Shown here piece after piece: positions 1 through 11,586 of a stretch of 64,000 nucleotides of DNA. Where the stretch lies: positions 23,002,001 through 23,066,000 of the forward strand of contig OX597831.1 in NCBI GenBank assembly GCA_951406725.2, written 5' to 3'. How positions within the stretch are numbered: position 1 is the first letter of the stretch; each line of letters opens with the position of its first letter. The stretch is from Octopus vulgaris (Eukaryota). The translations under genes and the position numbers were made by a program. Below the pieces are notes generated by a model that saw nothing but the letters and a program-made list of their open reading frames with translations, was not told the DNA's origin and did not search any database.

Positions 1-377
1 AAAACCCATCTAATTAATGGTTAGTGTTGTTCATCAATAAGTTGGCTAAAATTTCCCATCATTTATTTAAAGCCTACAAGCAAACGTTATGTTTGGTCTA
101 TGTTGCAATAACTTCTTGTTAAATACCAGTAAACAGTAGAAATTTAAACACCTGAATTTCTAAAGTGAATGAAATTACTTTCCAGTCAAGTTCTCACAGT
201 TAATTTAAAATGATTACCATTCGTTTAATTAATATGAAAAATTTATTGAAAGAAAGTAATTAAAATTTCCAGTATTTTATGAGCAATGTTCTGTTTGCCT
301 GTCTATCTGTCTGTCTGTCTGTCTCTGCCTGTGCATATTTACGTGCATACACATACATATGTATATGTAGCTATATA

Positions 378-447
<70 letters not shown>

Positions 448-489
448 CACACACACACATGCACATGCAAACTCACACATACATATAGG

Positions 490-638
490 TGGGCTTCTTT
501 CAGTTTCCATTTACCAAATCCACTCACAAGGCTTTGGTCAGTTAGAGACTCTAGGTGAGATACTTGCCGAAGGTACCAGGCAGGAGGACTGAACTGGAAA
601 CCATGTGGCTGGGAAGCGATCTTCTTACCACAGAGCTA
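490..638 (-). mobile_element. tRNA-derived SINE family A, 5' part only
   Basis: Reverse complement of the family A head (GTGAGTGGATTTGGTA..GGAAACTGAAAGAAGCC) seen in many other copies. Confidence 0.8.
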
Positions 639-658
639 TCCACACACACACACACACA

Positions 659-1146
659 TGTTGAGTTGGACAAAAGTCCATTGAATTTAGGCAAAATGTC
701 CATTTGATTTCAGAGCTAAGGATAAAACGCAAGCTCTAAACACAACTTATATTCAATCAATGATACCATTACTGTTTCATTCCAGTATCTTCTGTCATTT
801 TTGTGAGCAGATCCATTATTCCTAGTTCAAAGAATTTCCTGTCATTAGCAGCAAAAAAAAAAAAAAAACTCTTTCAACCGAATATCTACAATCTCTTCAC
901 ATTTGGAGCTCTATTCCTTCATCAAACTTTGAAGTTATTGATACGGGTGGATATCTGAAGGCACTAGGTGGGGTAAACTTGCAACAAAACTTCCCAGCCG
1001 AATTCTAGTAACTTCTGTAATGTCTGCTAAGAAGATTATTCTTTGGCATCATCATGATGAAAGACAATACACTTATGATTAGCAAGCGCTGGATGCTTCT
1101 GGTGAAGTGCTGCTTTTAATTTGTCCAGTTGGTCACAGTAAACACT
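659..1146 (-). mobile_element. mariner (Mos1/Hsmar1-like) transposon relic, 3' part
   Basis: Translation YCDQLDKLKAALHQKHPALANHKCIVFHHDDAK matches the mariner ...VVFHHDNARPH region; degenerate TIR-like TTGAGTTGG at 661. Confidence 0.75.
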
Positions 1147-1147
1147 C

Positions 1148-1237
1148 TGTGTGACAAGAAGCTTACTTCCCAACCACTTGGCTCTGGGTTCAGTCCCACT
1201 GCATGACACCTTGGGAAAGTGTCTTCTTTTATATGTG

Positions 1238-1280
<43 letters not shown>

Positions 1281-1612
1281 GGGAACAAATCGTCCAACCC
1301 ATGCTAGCGTGGGAAGCAGACGTTAAATGATGATGATGTGTGTATGTGTATATATGTGTGTGTCTTCTTTGTGAATGGATTTGGTAGACAGAAGCTGAAA
1401 AGAAGCCCATGTTGGTATGTTTATACCCCACTCACAAATTGGTCCATGCTTTTTTATTTATATCTCTGGTAAATTTAATGGCCTGGTAAAAGAAACTGAC
1501 AACATAAATACCAGGCTGAGAAACAAATATTGGGGTCAATTTGCTCAGCTAAAACCCTTCAAGACAGTACCCCAGCATGGTCGCAATCTAATGAGTAAAA
1601 CAGGTAAAGGAT
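1148..1612 (+). mobile_element. degenerate SINE family A, interrupted by microsatellite and an RTE-type tail fragment
   Basis: Head, middle and tail blocks of family A in order; AACCCATGCTAGC..GACGTTAAATGATGAT at about 1290-1337. Confidence 0.65.
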
Positions 1613-1631
1613 TATAATAAATTTGAATGTA

Positions 1632-2010
1632 GGCACAGGAGTGGCTGTGTGGTAAGTAGCTTGCTTACAAATCACATGGTTCCGGGTTCAGCCCCACTGC
1701 GGGGTACCTTGAGCAAGTGTCTTCTACTATAGCCTCGGGCCCACCAAAGCCTTGTGAGTGGATTTGGTAGATGGAAACTGAAAGAAGCCTGTCGTATATA
1801 TGTATATATATGTATGTGTCTGTTTGTCCCCCCAGCATCGCTTGACAACCGATGTTGGTGTGTTTATGTCCCCGTAACTTAGTGGTTCGGCAAAAGAGAC
1901 CGATAGAATAAGTACTAGGCTTACAAAAAATAAGTCCTGGGGCCAATTTGCTTGACTGAAGGCGGTGCTCCAGCATGGCCGCAGTCAAACGACTGAAACA
2001 AGTAAAACAG
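1632..2010 (+). mobile_element. tRNA-derived SINE family A, full length
   Basis: Pol III A-box-like TGGCTGTGTGG and B-box-like GGTTCAGCCCC, internal (TA)n(TG)n linker, tail GACTGAAACAAGTAAAA; about 20 copies in window. Confidence 0.9.
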
Positions 2011-2105
2011 AGAGAGAGAGTAACAGCAGTTTCTTTCCCCATTTTACAGTTTATGAATATTTTGAGTCTTTTCACTAATCTATTGTATTTTTTTCTATTT
2101 CACAG

Positions 2106-2202
2106 GTGAGTTACAATCAGTTGTTTCTACCAAATATATTATCCAACAGGCCTAGCAAGCTGCTATGCATTAGTCTATTAGTTTGAAATATTCCAAATAA
2201 AG
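2106..2202 (+). other. candidate exon / recursive splice site (AG|GTGAGT)
   Basis: Branch-like CACTAATC, pyrimidine tract, CACAG directly followed by GTGAGT; second donor AAG|GTATGT at 2203; stops in all three frames. Confidence 0.35.
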
Positions 2203-2880
2203 GTATGTATATTCGTCTCTCTAGAGAATGTAGTAAATATTCTTTTTTTCAACTAGCGAACTAGTTCGCGAAGAAAATCTCCATTAGAGATGAAAGCAGT
2301 ATTTATTTATACAGAGAAGTAATGTTTATTGTCACCGAAAAATGGATATTCTATAGAGATAGGCAATGCTTTTACTTCAATCTCAGGAGAATGCCTCCTC
2401 TAGTTGGTTATTCAGTATGATTCACACTTGATATATATATTGCAAGTGGGTAACAAACTCCCTACTATTCTAACTTGGAGACCACCTGATCATGTGGTTT
2501 CAACCTCATTTTGTCGTCTTCAGTGATGGATGCTCAACTGCTAGACATAGCAATACTTTTAAAGAAAAGCTGACTGGGTCAATATTTGGTTCAATAATTG
2601 AGTCACTATGCAGTTGTTTGAATTGCTAGAGGTATAAAAACCAAATATAACTCACTCAAAGTATGCCCTACATGCTTAAAAGAAAATACAAAAAAAAAAG
2701 AAAAACGGTGGATAGTGTAATCTAATACATCTGTCTTGCTTCATGTGTCATGTCTACAGACCTCAACAATCACAGAATTCCATGCTAATTACCTGAAGAG
2801 ATGTGGTTTCTCCTTGCTGGGTTATTGCCATATTTTCTGGAATACAAGTTAAATGCTTTATACCAAAATTTAGAGCCAAA

Positions 2881-2883
<3 letters not shown>

Positions 2884-2965
<82 letters not shown>
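2884..2965. repeat. (TG)n microsatellite
   Basis: Direct observation. Confidence 0.95.
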
Positions 2966-2966
<1 letters not shown>

Positions 2967-3284
2967 ATGTATCCGTGCATGTGTGGACTTGAGCAATCAA
3001 TTAAGCAGTCAGTCAATCAATCAATCACTCGATCAATCAATCAGTCAGTCTGTGTCTCTGTGGACAAAAACAAGCACTCTACATATACTCATGCAGCAAG
3101 AACTGATAATGAGCCTTTCTGAAAGTATGTAAGCAGCATATGACCCTCATCATGTTCCAAGAACAAAACAAAAAAAGGTGTAAGAATCCTTTCCTGTCCA
3201 TAAATCAAAAGCAAGAGGCTAATTCCTGAGATCTGTCTTCAAGATGGTTTCAAATATGAAAGAACTAAACCACAAAATTTCGTT

Positions 3285-3302
3285 CATCATCATAATCATC
3301 AC

Positions 3303-3339
<37 letters not shown>

Positions 3340-3456
3340 GTTGTTGTCATCATCGTTGTTTTTCATCACTGTCGTTGTCATCCTCATTGTCATTGCCATC
3401 ATCGTTGTCGTCATAAATGTCGTCATCATCGTCATCACTGCTGTTGTCTTCATCAC

Positions 3457-3501
<45 letters not shown>

Positions 3502-3616
3502 TGTTGTCATCATCGCTGTTTTTCATCACTGTCATTGTCATCCTCATTGTCATTGCCATCATTGTTGTCGTCATAAGTGTCGTCATCATCGTCATCTCTG
3601 CTGTTGTCCTCATCAC

Positions 3617-3668
<52 letters not shown>

Positions 3669-3732
3669 GGTGTCGTTGTCATCCACATCATCATCATCGG
3701 TGTCGTTGTCATCCACATCATCATCATCATCA
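3285..3732. repeat. (CAT)n compound microsatellite with about 160-bp higher-order duplication
   Basis: Same variant string starts at about 3342 and 3501. Confidence 0.9.
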
Positions 3733-3915
3733 TCTAACATCTGTTTTCCATGCTGGCATGGATTGGATGATTTCACAGGAGCGAGCAGGCCAAAGGACTG
3801 CACACAGGCTCCACTGCCCGCTTTGGCACAGCTTTAATGGCTGGATGTTTTTTTCCTAATGCCAACCGCTTTACAGAGTGGATTGGGTGATTTCCACACG
3901 ATGCCAACACTGGCA
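3733..3915 (-). mobile_element. degenerate RTE-tail short element (family C)
   Basis: TTTTCCATGCTGGCATGG..CTAATGCCAACC is the reverse of the family C 3' end, next to (CAT)n. Confidence 0.6.
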
Positions 3916-4104
3916 AGGTCTGGTTTATCTGTTGATATTTTGAGGTGTAGAATTCATAGCAGAGATGTTTTTAAGAAGCTTAAGAAATGTCATTAAGACA
4001 GTTACTATGCTTCCACATTAACAGGATTTCACATTGAGTCACTCAAGCTTCTTTGATTATATCTCATGATAATTATTTCAATAATGATGATAACATTGCT
4101 GAAA

Positions 4105-4107
<3 letters not shown>

Positions 4108-4141
<34 letters not shown>

Positions 4142-4778
4142 TATCTATGTATATATATATATATATATCTGTGTGTGGGTGTGGTTTTATATATGTATAT
4201 ATACACATATATATTTATATATATATATGTATATATGTATATACATATATATGTATATATAAATATGTATATATATGTATATGTATGTATATATATGTAC
4301 GTATATATATATATATGGATGTATTTATATATATGTATATATATATATGTATTTATATATATGTATATGTATTTATATATATGTATATGTATTTATATAT
4401 ATGTATATATATATATGTAATATATATATGTATTCATATATATGTATATGTATTTATATATATGTATATATATATATATGCATTTATATATATGTATATA
4501 TATGTATGTATTTACATATATGTATTTATATATATGTATAACCCATGCTAGCATGGATATGATGATGATGATGATATATGTATGTATATATGTATTTATA
4601 TATAAGTATATATATATATATATGTGTGTATATATATATATATATATGTATATGTATTTATATATATGTATTCATATATATGTATTTATATATGTATTTA
4701 TATATATATATATATATGTATTTATATATATATGTATTTATATACATATGTATCTATATATATATATGTATTTATGTA

Positions 4779-4844
<66 letters not shown>

Positions 4845-4875
4845 CACATACATATAGATAGATAGATAGATAGAT
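4108..4875. repeat. compound (TA)n/(TATG)n/(GATA)n microsatellite
   Basis: Direct observation. Confidence 0.95.
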
Positions 4876-5172
4876 AATTATTTTCTCATATCAAAAAATA
4901 ATTATTTCAATAATGAAGATGACACTCATAAAAATACATGGATAATTACGTCCAAATATAAATGAAAGTATGTAACTGGAGAATTTTTTCCAAGTACTTC
5001 ATACAAATTAAAAATATAGTCATGAATCACGAATGAAAATATCTCTTATGCAGATATTATTATATGCAATGAACAAAGTGCATACAATTATGAATTGGGG
5101 CTACAGAATTTGCATAATGTCCACATACATGCAAAATATATACATACATGTTTATGTATGATTGCGTGTGTG

Positions 5173-5213
<41 letters not shown>

Positions 5214-5214
<1 letters not shown>

Positions 5215-5402
5215 GTGGCACATAAAAAGCACCCACTACACTCATGGAGTGGTTGGCATTAGGAAGGGAATCCAGCCGTAGAAACATTGCCATATCAGAC
5301 TGGGCCTGGTGCAGCCTCCTGGCTTCCCAGACCCCAGTTGGACCGTCCAACCCATGCTAGCATGGAAAGCGGATGCTAAACAATGATGATGATGATGATG
5401 AT
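5214..5402 (+). mobile_element. RTE-tail short retroelement (family C) 3' end
   Basis: GCACCCACTACACTC..AACCCATGCTAGCATGGAAAGCGG followed by (GAT)n tail; multiple copies in window. Confidence 0.85.
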
Positions 5403-6176
5403 GTATGTATATTCCCACTTTACAATGGATGTTCTTTTATAACAAACTTTACTGCAATAGATGCCATGAGCAGAACTCCCATACAGGCTTTTGGTGCAAA
5501 ATGCGCATTTGTTTATATTGCTAGTGGGGGAGAAGATAACTCTCTATCAACTCCTTCACTGGAGCCACCAGATCATGTAATTTTGACCTTCCTTAATCTC
5601 CTCAGTGATGGACACTCGACCACTAGCGATAGCAGTAACTCATCTCCCAGTTAACGTTATATTGAAAACCACTGCCTGAGCAGGCACTGGTGCTGTGATT
5701 ACCCAATGAGCTTATTTTATATATATATAGGGAGAGAGAGAGAGATATTGAGATATTCACGCACACACATATATATACATACATACACTCACACGTATAT
5801 GTATGCACAGCAGTGGAAATGTTGACAGTGACATCAAAATTTTGACTTGCTTAACTAGCATTACACCTCGGTATGTTTTGATTCATTGCCTTTTTATATA
5901 GTTTTGGACAGATTTTTCCTTTAATAAGTGGAGTAATGTGCATGATAATCAGATGTGGCGTAGGTAGACAAGGTACTAGTCATATAGAAAGGGAGGAGTG
6001 GAGAAGGTCATGAGGGAAGTATATGTTCATAAAGTGTAAATAAGAATTTTTGGTGGAAACAGTTATTCTGGTTTGATAGATAGCGTTGAGTAACAGAGTA
6101 AAATCAGAATGTAATAACTGCAAGTAAACTTTGAAGTCACTCTCAATCTTTTTTTTATACAAAATCAAAAAAATAT

Positions 6177-6485
6177 TAAAGATTGTTTGCCAACATAACA
6201 TGGCAGTCCTGGATTAGGGTGAATGTTGCTGTAATTTAGCCCCAGGAGACATCGTCTGTAGTTGACTATATGATACAATCTATGTCCTTATAGTTTTGAA
6301 CAAGGGAATCTAGCACCCCACTCAGCTCAAAACAATATCTGTGTATCTGTGTTTTGAGCTGATTGGGGGTTCTAGATGCCCTTTATCTAAAATATAAGGA
6401 CGCAGATCATGTTGTATAGCCTGCAAATTACAGCAACATTCGTCCTAAACCAGGACTGCCATGTTATGTTAGCAAACAATCTTTA
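6177..6485. repeat. inverted repeat / foldback (6177-6334 vs 6350-6485)
   Basis: TAAAGATTGTTTGCCAACATAACATGGCAGTCCTGG vs CCAGGACTGCCATGTTATGTTAGCAAACAATCTTTA. Confidence 0.85.
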
Positions 6486-6768
6486 CTACAAAGTACTGTT
6501 GCTCAATATCTCATGTTGTGAGAGATTTAAAAATCGTAATTTTCAAAACAATATGTTCACTGGTAAAGAGAATAAATGATTCTTCAGTTGAATGCTAAAC
6601 TGTTTATGTATAACATCATATAATAATGTGCTACTATATATGGTGTATGTGAATGCAAGTGTGTTTGTGTAAATATGTATGTAACACAATACCAAAGCAG
6701 CAGGGAAGCCTTTACATGGTTGTTTGACCTGGTAGTAGTAGCAATCAAACTGGTATTAAGAAAGGATT

Positions 6769-7190
6769 AAGGCAGCAAGCTGGCAGAAATATTAGCACTA
6801 CAGGTGAAATGCTTAGCAGTATTTCATCTGTCTTTACGTTCTGAGTTCAAATTCTGCCAAGGTCACCTTTGCCTGACATCCTTTCAGGGTTGATAAGTTA
6901 AGTACCAGTTGCGCACTGGGGTCGATATAATCGACTTAATCCGTTTGTCTGTCCTTGTTTGTCCTCTCTGTGTTTAGCCCCTTGTGGGTAGTAAAGAAAT
7001 AGGTATTTCATCTGTCTTTACGTTCTGAGTGCAAATTAAGCTTTGGTCGATTTTGCCTTTCATCCTCTCAGGGTCGATAAATTAAGTACCAGTTACGCAC
7101 TGGGGTCGATATAATCGACGTAATCCATTTGTCTGTCCTTGTTTGTCCCCTCTATGTTTAGCCCCTTGTGGGCAGTAAAGAAATAAGAAA
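6769..7190 (+). mobile_element. SINE family B (MetaSINE-like central domain) with internal tandem duplication
   Basis: GCCTTTCATCCT.TC.GGGGTCGATAAATTAAGTACCAG resembles the Meta domain; body repeated at about 6820 and 7003. Confidence 0.8.
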
Positions 7191-7267
7191 GAATGAAAAT
7201 ATACTGGGTAATGTAATCCTAGAATACAATATGCCTGAAAATAACATGGGATGGTTCTGACTGCAAT

Positions 7268-7700
7268 ACGAGGTGGTATCAAAAAGTTCCTAGAATAGTT
7301 CTGTAGCATGCCAACAGATGGCAGCACATGGTAGCGTGCACAGTGAGAGCTAGCAGTGACCTTCATGAGACAGTGTGTTGGGTGACATTGCTGTGTTTAT
7401 TTCATGAGTTGTGAAATTTGTGCTTGTGTGGTCACGTGTATGCTGTAGCCTGCAATAGTTGTTATGGACAGGAAGTTGGAATGAAGAAGCCAATGTGAAA
7501 TTCAGGAAACCAACCAACGTGAAATTTGGGAAGTTTGCTACAGAGATATTCATCATGCTTCGCCAAGCTTATGGTGATGCGGCGATGAGGCGTACACAAT
7601 GCATCAAGAGGCACAGGTGCTTCAAAAGGCACAACAGAGCCGCAGATCAACCAAGAGCATGCTCATAATTTTTCTTGACATCCACGGTATTGTGCATTGA
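7268..7700 (+). mobile_element. mariner (irritans/Hsmar2-like) relic, 5' part
   Basis: TIR-like TACGAGGTGGTATCAAAAAGTTCC; peptide GKFATEIFIMLRQAYGDAAMRRTQC..RHRCFK is a mariner N-terminal HTH. Confidence 0.75.
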
Positions 7701-8507
7701 GTATAACAGCAACAACTATAACAACAACAACCACATTATTCTATAATACAAAGTATCTTACATAGAAAACTTCCTCATAACAATTTAGAATTCACTATTG
7801 GCAAATAAAAACTAGAACATATAATATTTTTATTTCTACTTTTACACTTGTTCCCGCAAATTCTCTTTTAATTCCAAGACGGTAATTTTCTTGACCATTA
7901 TTTCTAAGTCTGTTATAATTATTTTCTATTTTTTCATTTCTTGCTTTTTTTTTCTTTCTTTTTTCTTTTCTTATATATATGTTTTTGGAGACATTTTTCT
8001 TTGGCAATAACTCATAATAATAATTCTCATAGTTCATTTACTATAATAACAGATATCAAACAATACAGTTCATGCAAGAATTATTAACTGTCAAATGATG
8101 AAATAGGAAACTCTAAATTATTGGCCATGTATTTTGTTTGTGGTGTTCTTTCAATTTTTGGTAAACCATTTGTCTTTTATTTAAGAGAATTTTATTGTTC
8201 CAAGGCATTTATTGTTCTAACTATCATAAAAATAAATAAAATAAAATAAAAGGAAATGAAGAGTTTACATAGACAGTAATGGGAGAAAAATATTAAAATT
8301 TTCTACCTGAAACTATAAAAATTATATATTTATATAAGCATATGTGTCTATATATAAATGCGTGTGCATGTATGTATATAAATATGTGTATATATATAGA
8401 TGCATATATATATATATGGTTGAGTAGATAAATGAAGGAAAGAGGCATTCAACACATTGAGAAGGAAATACATATATTACAGGGCTGAATCAAACTGTTT
8501 TACCTTC

Positions 8508-8837
8508 TTTATTTTCTCTCCCTGTTTATTTCTGTGTTCCTTTCTGTGGAAGAGCGTAGGCTCGAAATGTAAAAGACTTTCTCACTTCCTGAGTGTTAAA
8601 CTAATACATCTATTGTTTACACATCCGTCTTTGTCTTTTGTCTTTTTTGTAAATTCCAACTATATATATATATATATATCGGAAGAATTCACAAAAAAGC
8701 AAAAGGCAAAGATAGGAGGTGTAGACAACAAACAGATGTATTAGTATAATGCTCGGGAAGTGGAAAAGTCTTTAACATTTCGAGCCTACGCTCTTCCACA
8801 GAAAGGAACACAGAAAGAAACAGGGAGAGAAAATAAA
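8508..8837. mobile_element. tail-to-tail pair of Penelope-type terminal fragments around (TA)n, each with a hammerhead-like motif
   Basis: Arms 8508-8657 and 8685-8837 are reverse complements with (TA)n between them; third copy at 28706-28878. Confidence 0.75.
8540..8575 (+). ncRNA. variant minimal hammerhead motif
   Basis: cttt-CTGTGGA-A-GAGC(gtag)GCTC-GAAA-TG-TA-aaag; helices I and II pair, core has A6->U; mirror copy at 8770-8805 (-). Confidence 0.55.
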
Positions 8838-9447
8838 GGGAGAAAACTATATACACATGTATGTATGTATGTATGTATTAAATATGTTTATATATATGTA
8901 TGTATATATATATATATATATCTATACACATACATATACATACACACATATATATACATACATATATATATATGCGTGTGTATGTATTTATGTATATGTA
9001 TAAAGACATTTGTATGCCGCATATACACACATGCATGTACAATATGCATATTGCACGGGTAATATCAAAGTTCAAGGAATGGTATTACTTTGGTACAACC
9101 CTGTGTTTAATTTTAAAAAATCATAGCTGTCATTCATAGAGGCTAATAACTTGTTATCATCTAGAAACCATTCTTTTGCTAATTACCTATCTAATTACTT
9201 TGTAATTTTGAACTTATATGGTTACTTCCTGGATCTTCAGCTCTCAGAGCCTGCTGAATATTCTGCATGTGACAATTGGTTAGAGGTAGAGTACTGCACA
9301 AGTAAAGGGCTGTTACTTCATTTGTCAGGGTTCAAGAAATGAAAGGCAAAGGTATTTTTGGTAGGATTTGAACTCAGTGTGTAGAGCTTGGGAACAAACC
9401 CAATGCTGCAATGCATTAATGACTCTATCAAAGAGCTTGTGTGTGTA

Positions 9448-9486
<39 letters not shown>

Positions 9487-9656
9487 ATTAAATAAAATGA
9501 GACAACAAAACCAAGGCTGTTTGGAATTTTCAGAATATTTATAAAGAAAATGTTACTTTAATTACATTATTTACATTTGACTGATATTTGTCCATCAAAT
9601 GTAAATAATGTACATAATTCCCCATCTCTTAAATATAGAACAGTAAGAAAAAGTTA

Positions 9657-9704
9657 GTCTTACAGCTGTTTGGGGGATATTAGAGATATCCCTTCATCAG
9701 AGAC
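9657..9704 (-). ncRNA. minimal type-I hammerhead motif, one core substitution
   Basis: gtct-CTGATGA-A-GGGATAT(ctcta)ATATCCC-C-CAAA-CAGCTG-TA-agac; palindromic helix III, GAAA->CAAA. Confidence 0.65.
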
Positions 9705-9837
9705 AATGTGAGATGATTAAATAGAAAGAAATATTAGAGTTCAGTATGAGGAGTTATTTTGGAAGCTGATAAGGAGTGTAGAGGGAAATAGGAGAATGAA
9801 TGTAGAAATAAAAATATATGTATATATATACTTATAC

Positions 9838-10283
9838 TTATTCCCCGTCTGTCTTGATAGACAATGGGTTGCGCCAAGGGTGGGGCCTACTTTGATGATG
9901 TGCAGCGTCTGCTGTGACTGAACAGTCCAATTCTAGAGTGGCAGTCCTTGGTACAGTTGCTGCACACGAACATCGATGGGTACGTGTGGGGTGTTGCTGC
10001 AGTTGTCCTCCTCCTGTCCCGCCTGTCCAACCACAGCTGTGCTCTCCTCTCCTCACCCATGGAAACGCCTTTCCTCACCGTCCGACGCCAGGCAGAGCGG
10101 TCAGCAGCTGTTTCCTCCCACGTGTCCACACAGATGTTGGCAGTCCTCAGGTCGCGCTTGCACACGTCCCTGTATCGTAGCTGTGGACGTCCCTTGGGTC
10201 GGGATCCCGTGGTGAGTTCGCTGTACAGGATGTCTTTAGGCATGCGACCGTCCTGCATGCGGCAGACGTGTCCGAGCCAGCGC
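9838..10283 (-). mobile_element. RTE-clade LINE 3' end (5'-truncated) with C-terminal C2H2 finger
   Basis: Open frame RWLGHVCRMQDGRMPKDILYSEL..GRPQLRYRDVCKRDL..AADRSAWR..FVCSNCTKDCHSRIGLFSHSRRC; (TAAGTA)n tail. Confidence 0.9.
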
Positions 10284-10325
10284 ATAAGTATACATAAGTA
10301 TACACACGTTTTATGCATTTATACA

Positions 10326-10700
10326 GGCGTAGGAGTGGTTCTGTGGTAAGTAGCTTGCTTACGAACCACATATATATATATATAGGTGAAGGTGTGGCTG
10401 TATGTTAAGAAGCTTATTTCCCATCCACATAGGCCACTATGTGGCACCTTGGACAAATGTCTTCTATAACTTCAGGCTGAGCAAAGACTTTTGGAATGGA
10501 TTTGGTAAACTGAAACAAGCCTGTCATCTACATATATATGTGTGTGTGTGTGTGTGTGTTTGTGTGTATCTATGTATGTTTGTCTTTGCGTCTGTGTTTG
10601 CTCATCAATCAGCACTTGACAACTGGTGTTGGTGTGTTTACATCCCTGCAACTTATCGGTTTGTTAAAAAACGGCTGACAGAATTATATTCTAGGCTTAA
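10326..10700 (+). mobile_element. degenerate SINE family A with extra head fragment
   Basis: Head at 10326-10371, then a second diverged copy from about 10385. Confidence 0.65.
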
Positions 10701-11379
10701 AAAGCGAAGCCAAACTTGGTGGAATTTGAACTCAGAACTTAAAGCAGGAAAAAAATGCCTCTAAACGTTTTGTCCACTGTGTTAACAATTCTGCTAAGCT
10801 TCTGCAATAATGGTTTCCAGTTTTGGCTCAGTGTTATCAGTTTTAATGGGGGCAGGAGGTGGATGAGTGCTCAAGTGTCACTTATTATTTCATAATCCCT
10901 GAAGGGAAGAAAGGCAAAATTAATCACAACAAGATTTGAACTTGCAATGTCAAGAGCTGTACCAAAAGCCCCAAAGCATTTTGTTTGACATTCTTATAAT
11001 TATGACGGCAGTAACAGCAACAACAATGACGATTATTTTTTAATATTTTTTTTTTTTAAATTTAAATATTAGTTGGAAATACAAATCAGATTTGAAAGAG
11101 TTCCAGTTAGTTACTCTGTATCAAATTAAGCAGGTTTTCATTAAATTAAGGCAAAGTTTTTGAAACTGTATCCACGTTGCAACTGGTAATTAAAATTATA
11201 ATTATGATTTAACTATGAATCTGACAGTTCAGTTTATGGAATTTTCAATAATAATGAAATTGATGGTGAAGTGAGGCGGGGGGGGGGGGGGGAACAAAAA
11301 TAAAGGAAACCCACTCACAGTAAAGTATAAACATATATTTCTGCTGTGAGCAAACCTAATTGTGTTAGTATAATTGTGT

Positions 11380-11417
<38 letters not shown>

Positions 11418-11586
11418 TGTGCAGGTGTATCTATGTGCGTGCATGTATGTATGCATATATATATATATATACGCACACACACATATATATAGAAAGAGAG
11501 AGTGTATGGGGTTGCATACATATGCATATTTCATACATATGTGTATATGTACATAAGTATACACATATGTTATATGCATTTATACA

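Noticed and set aside
1632-1710. tRNA gene calls at SINE heads
   Set aside because: A and B boxes are present but no full cloverleaf; each is followed by a SINE body
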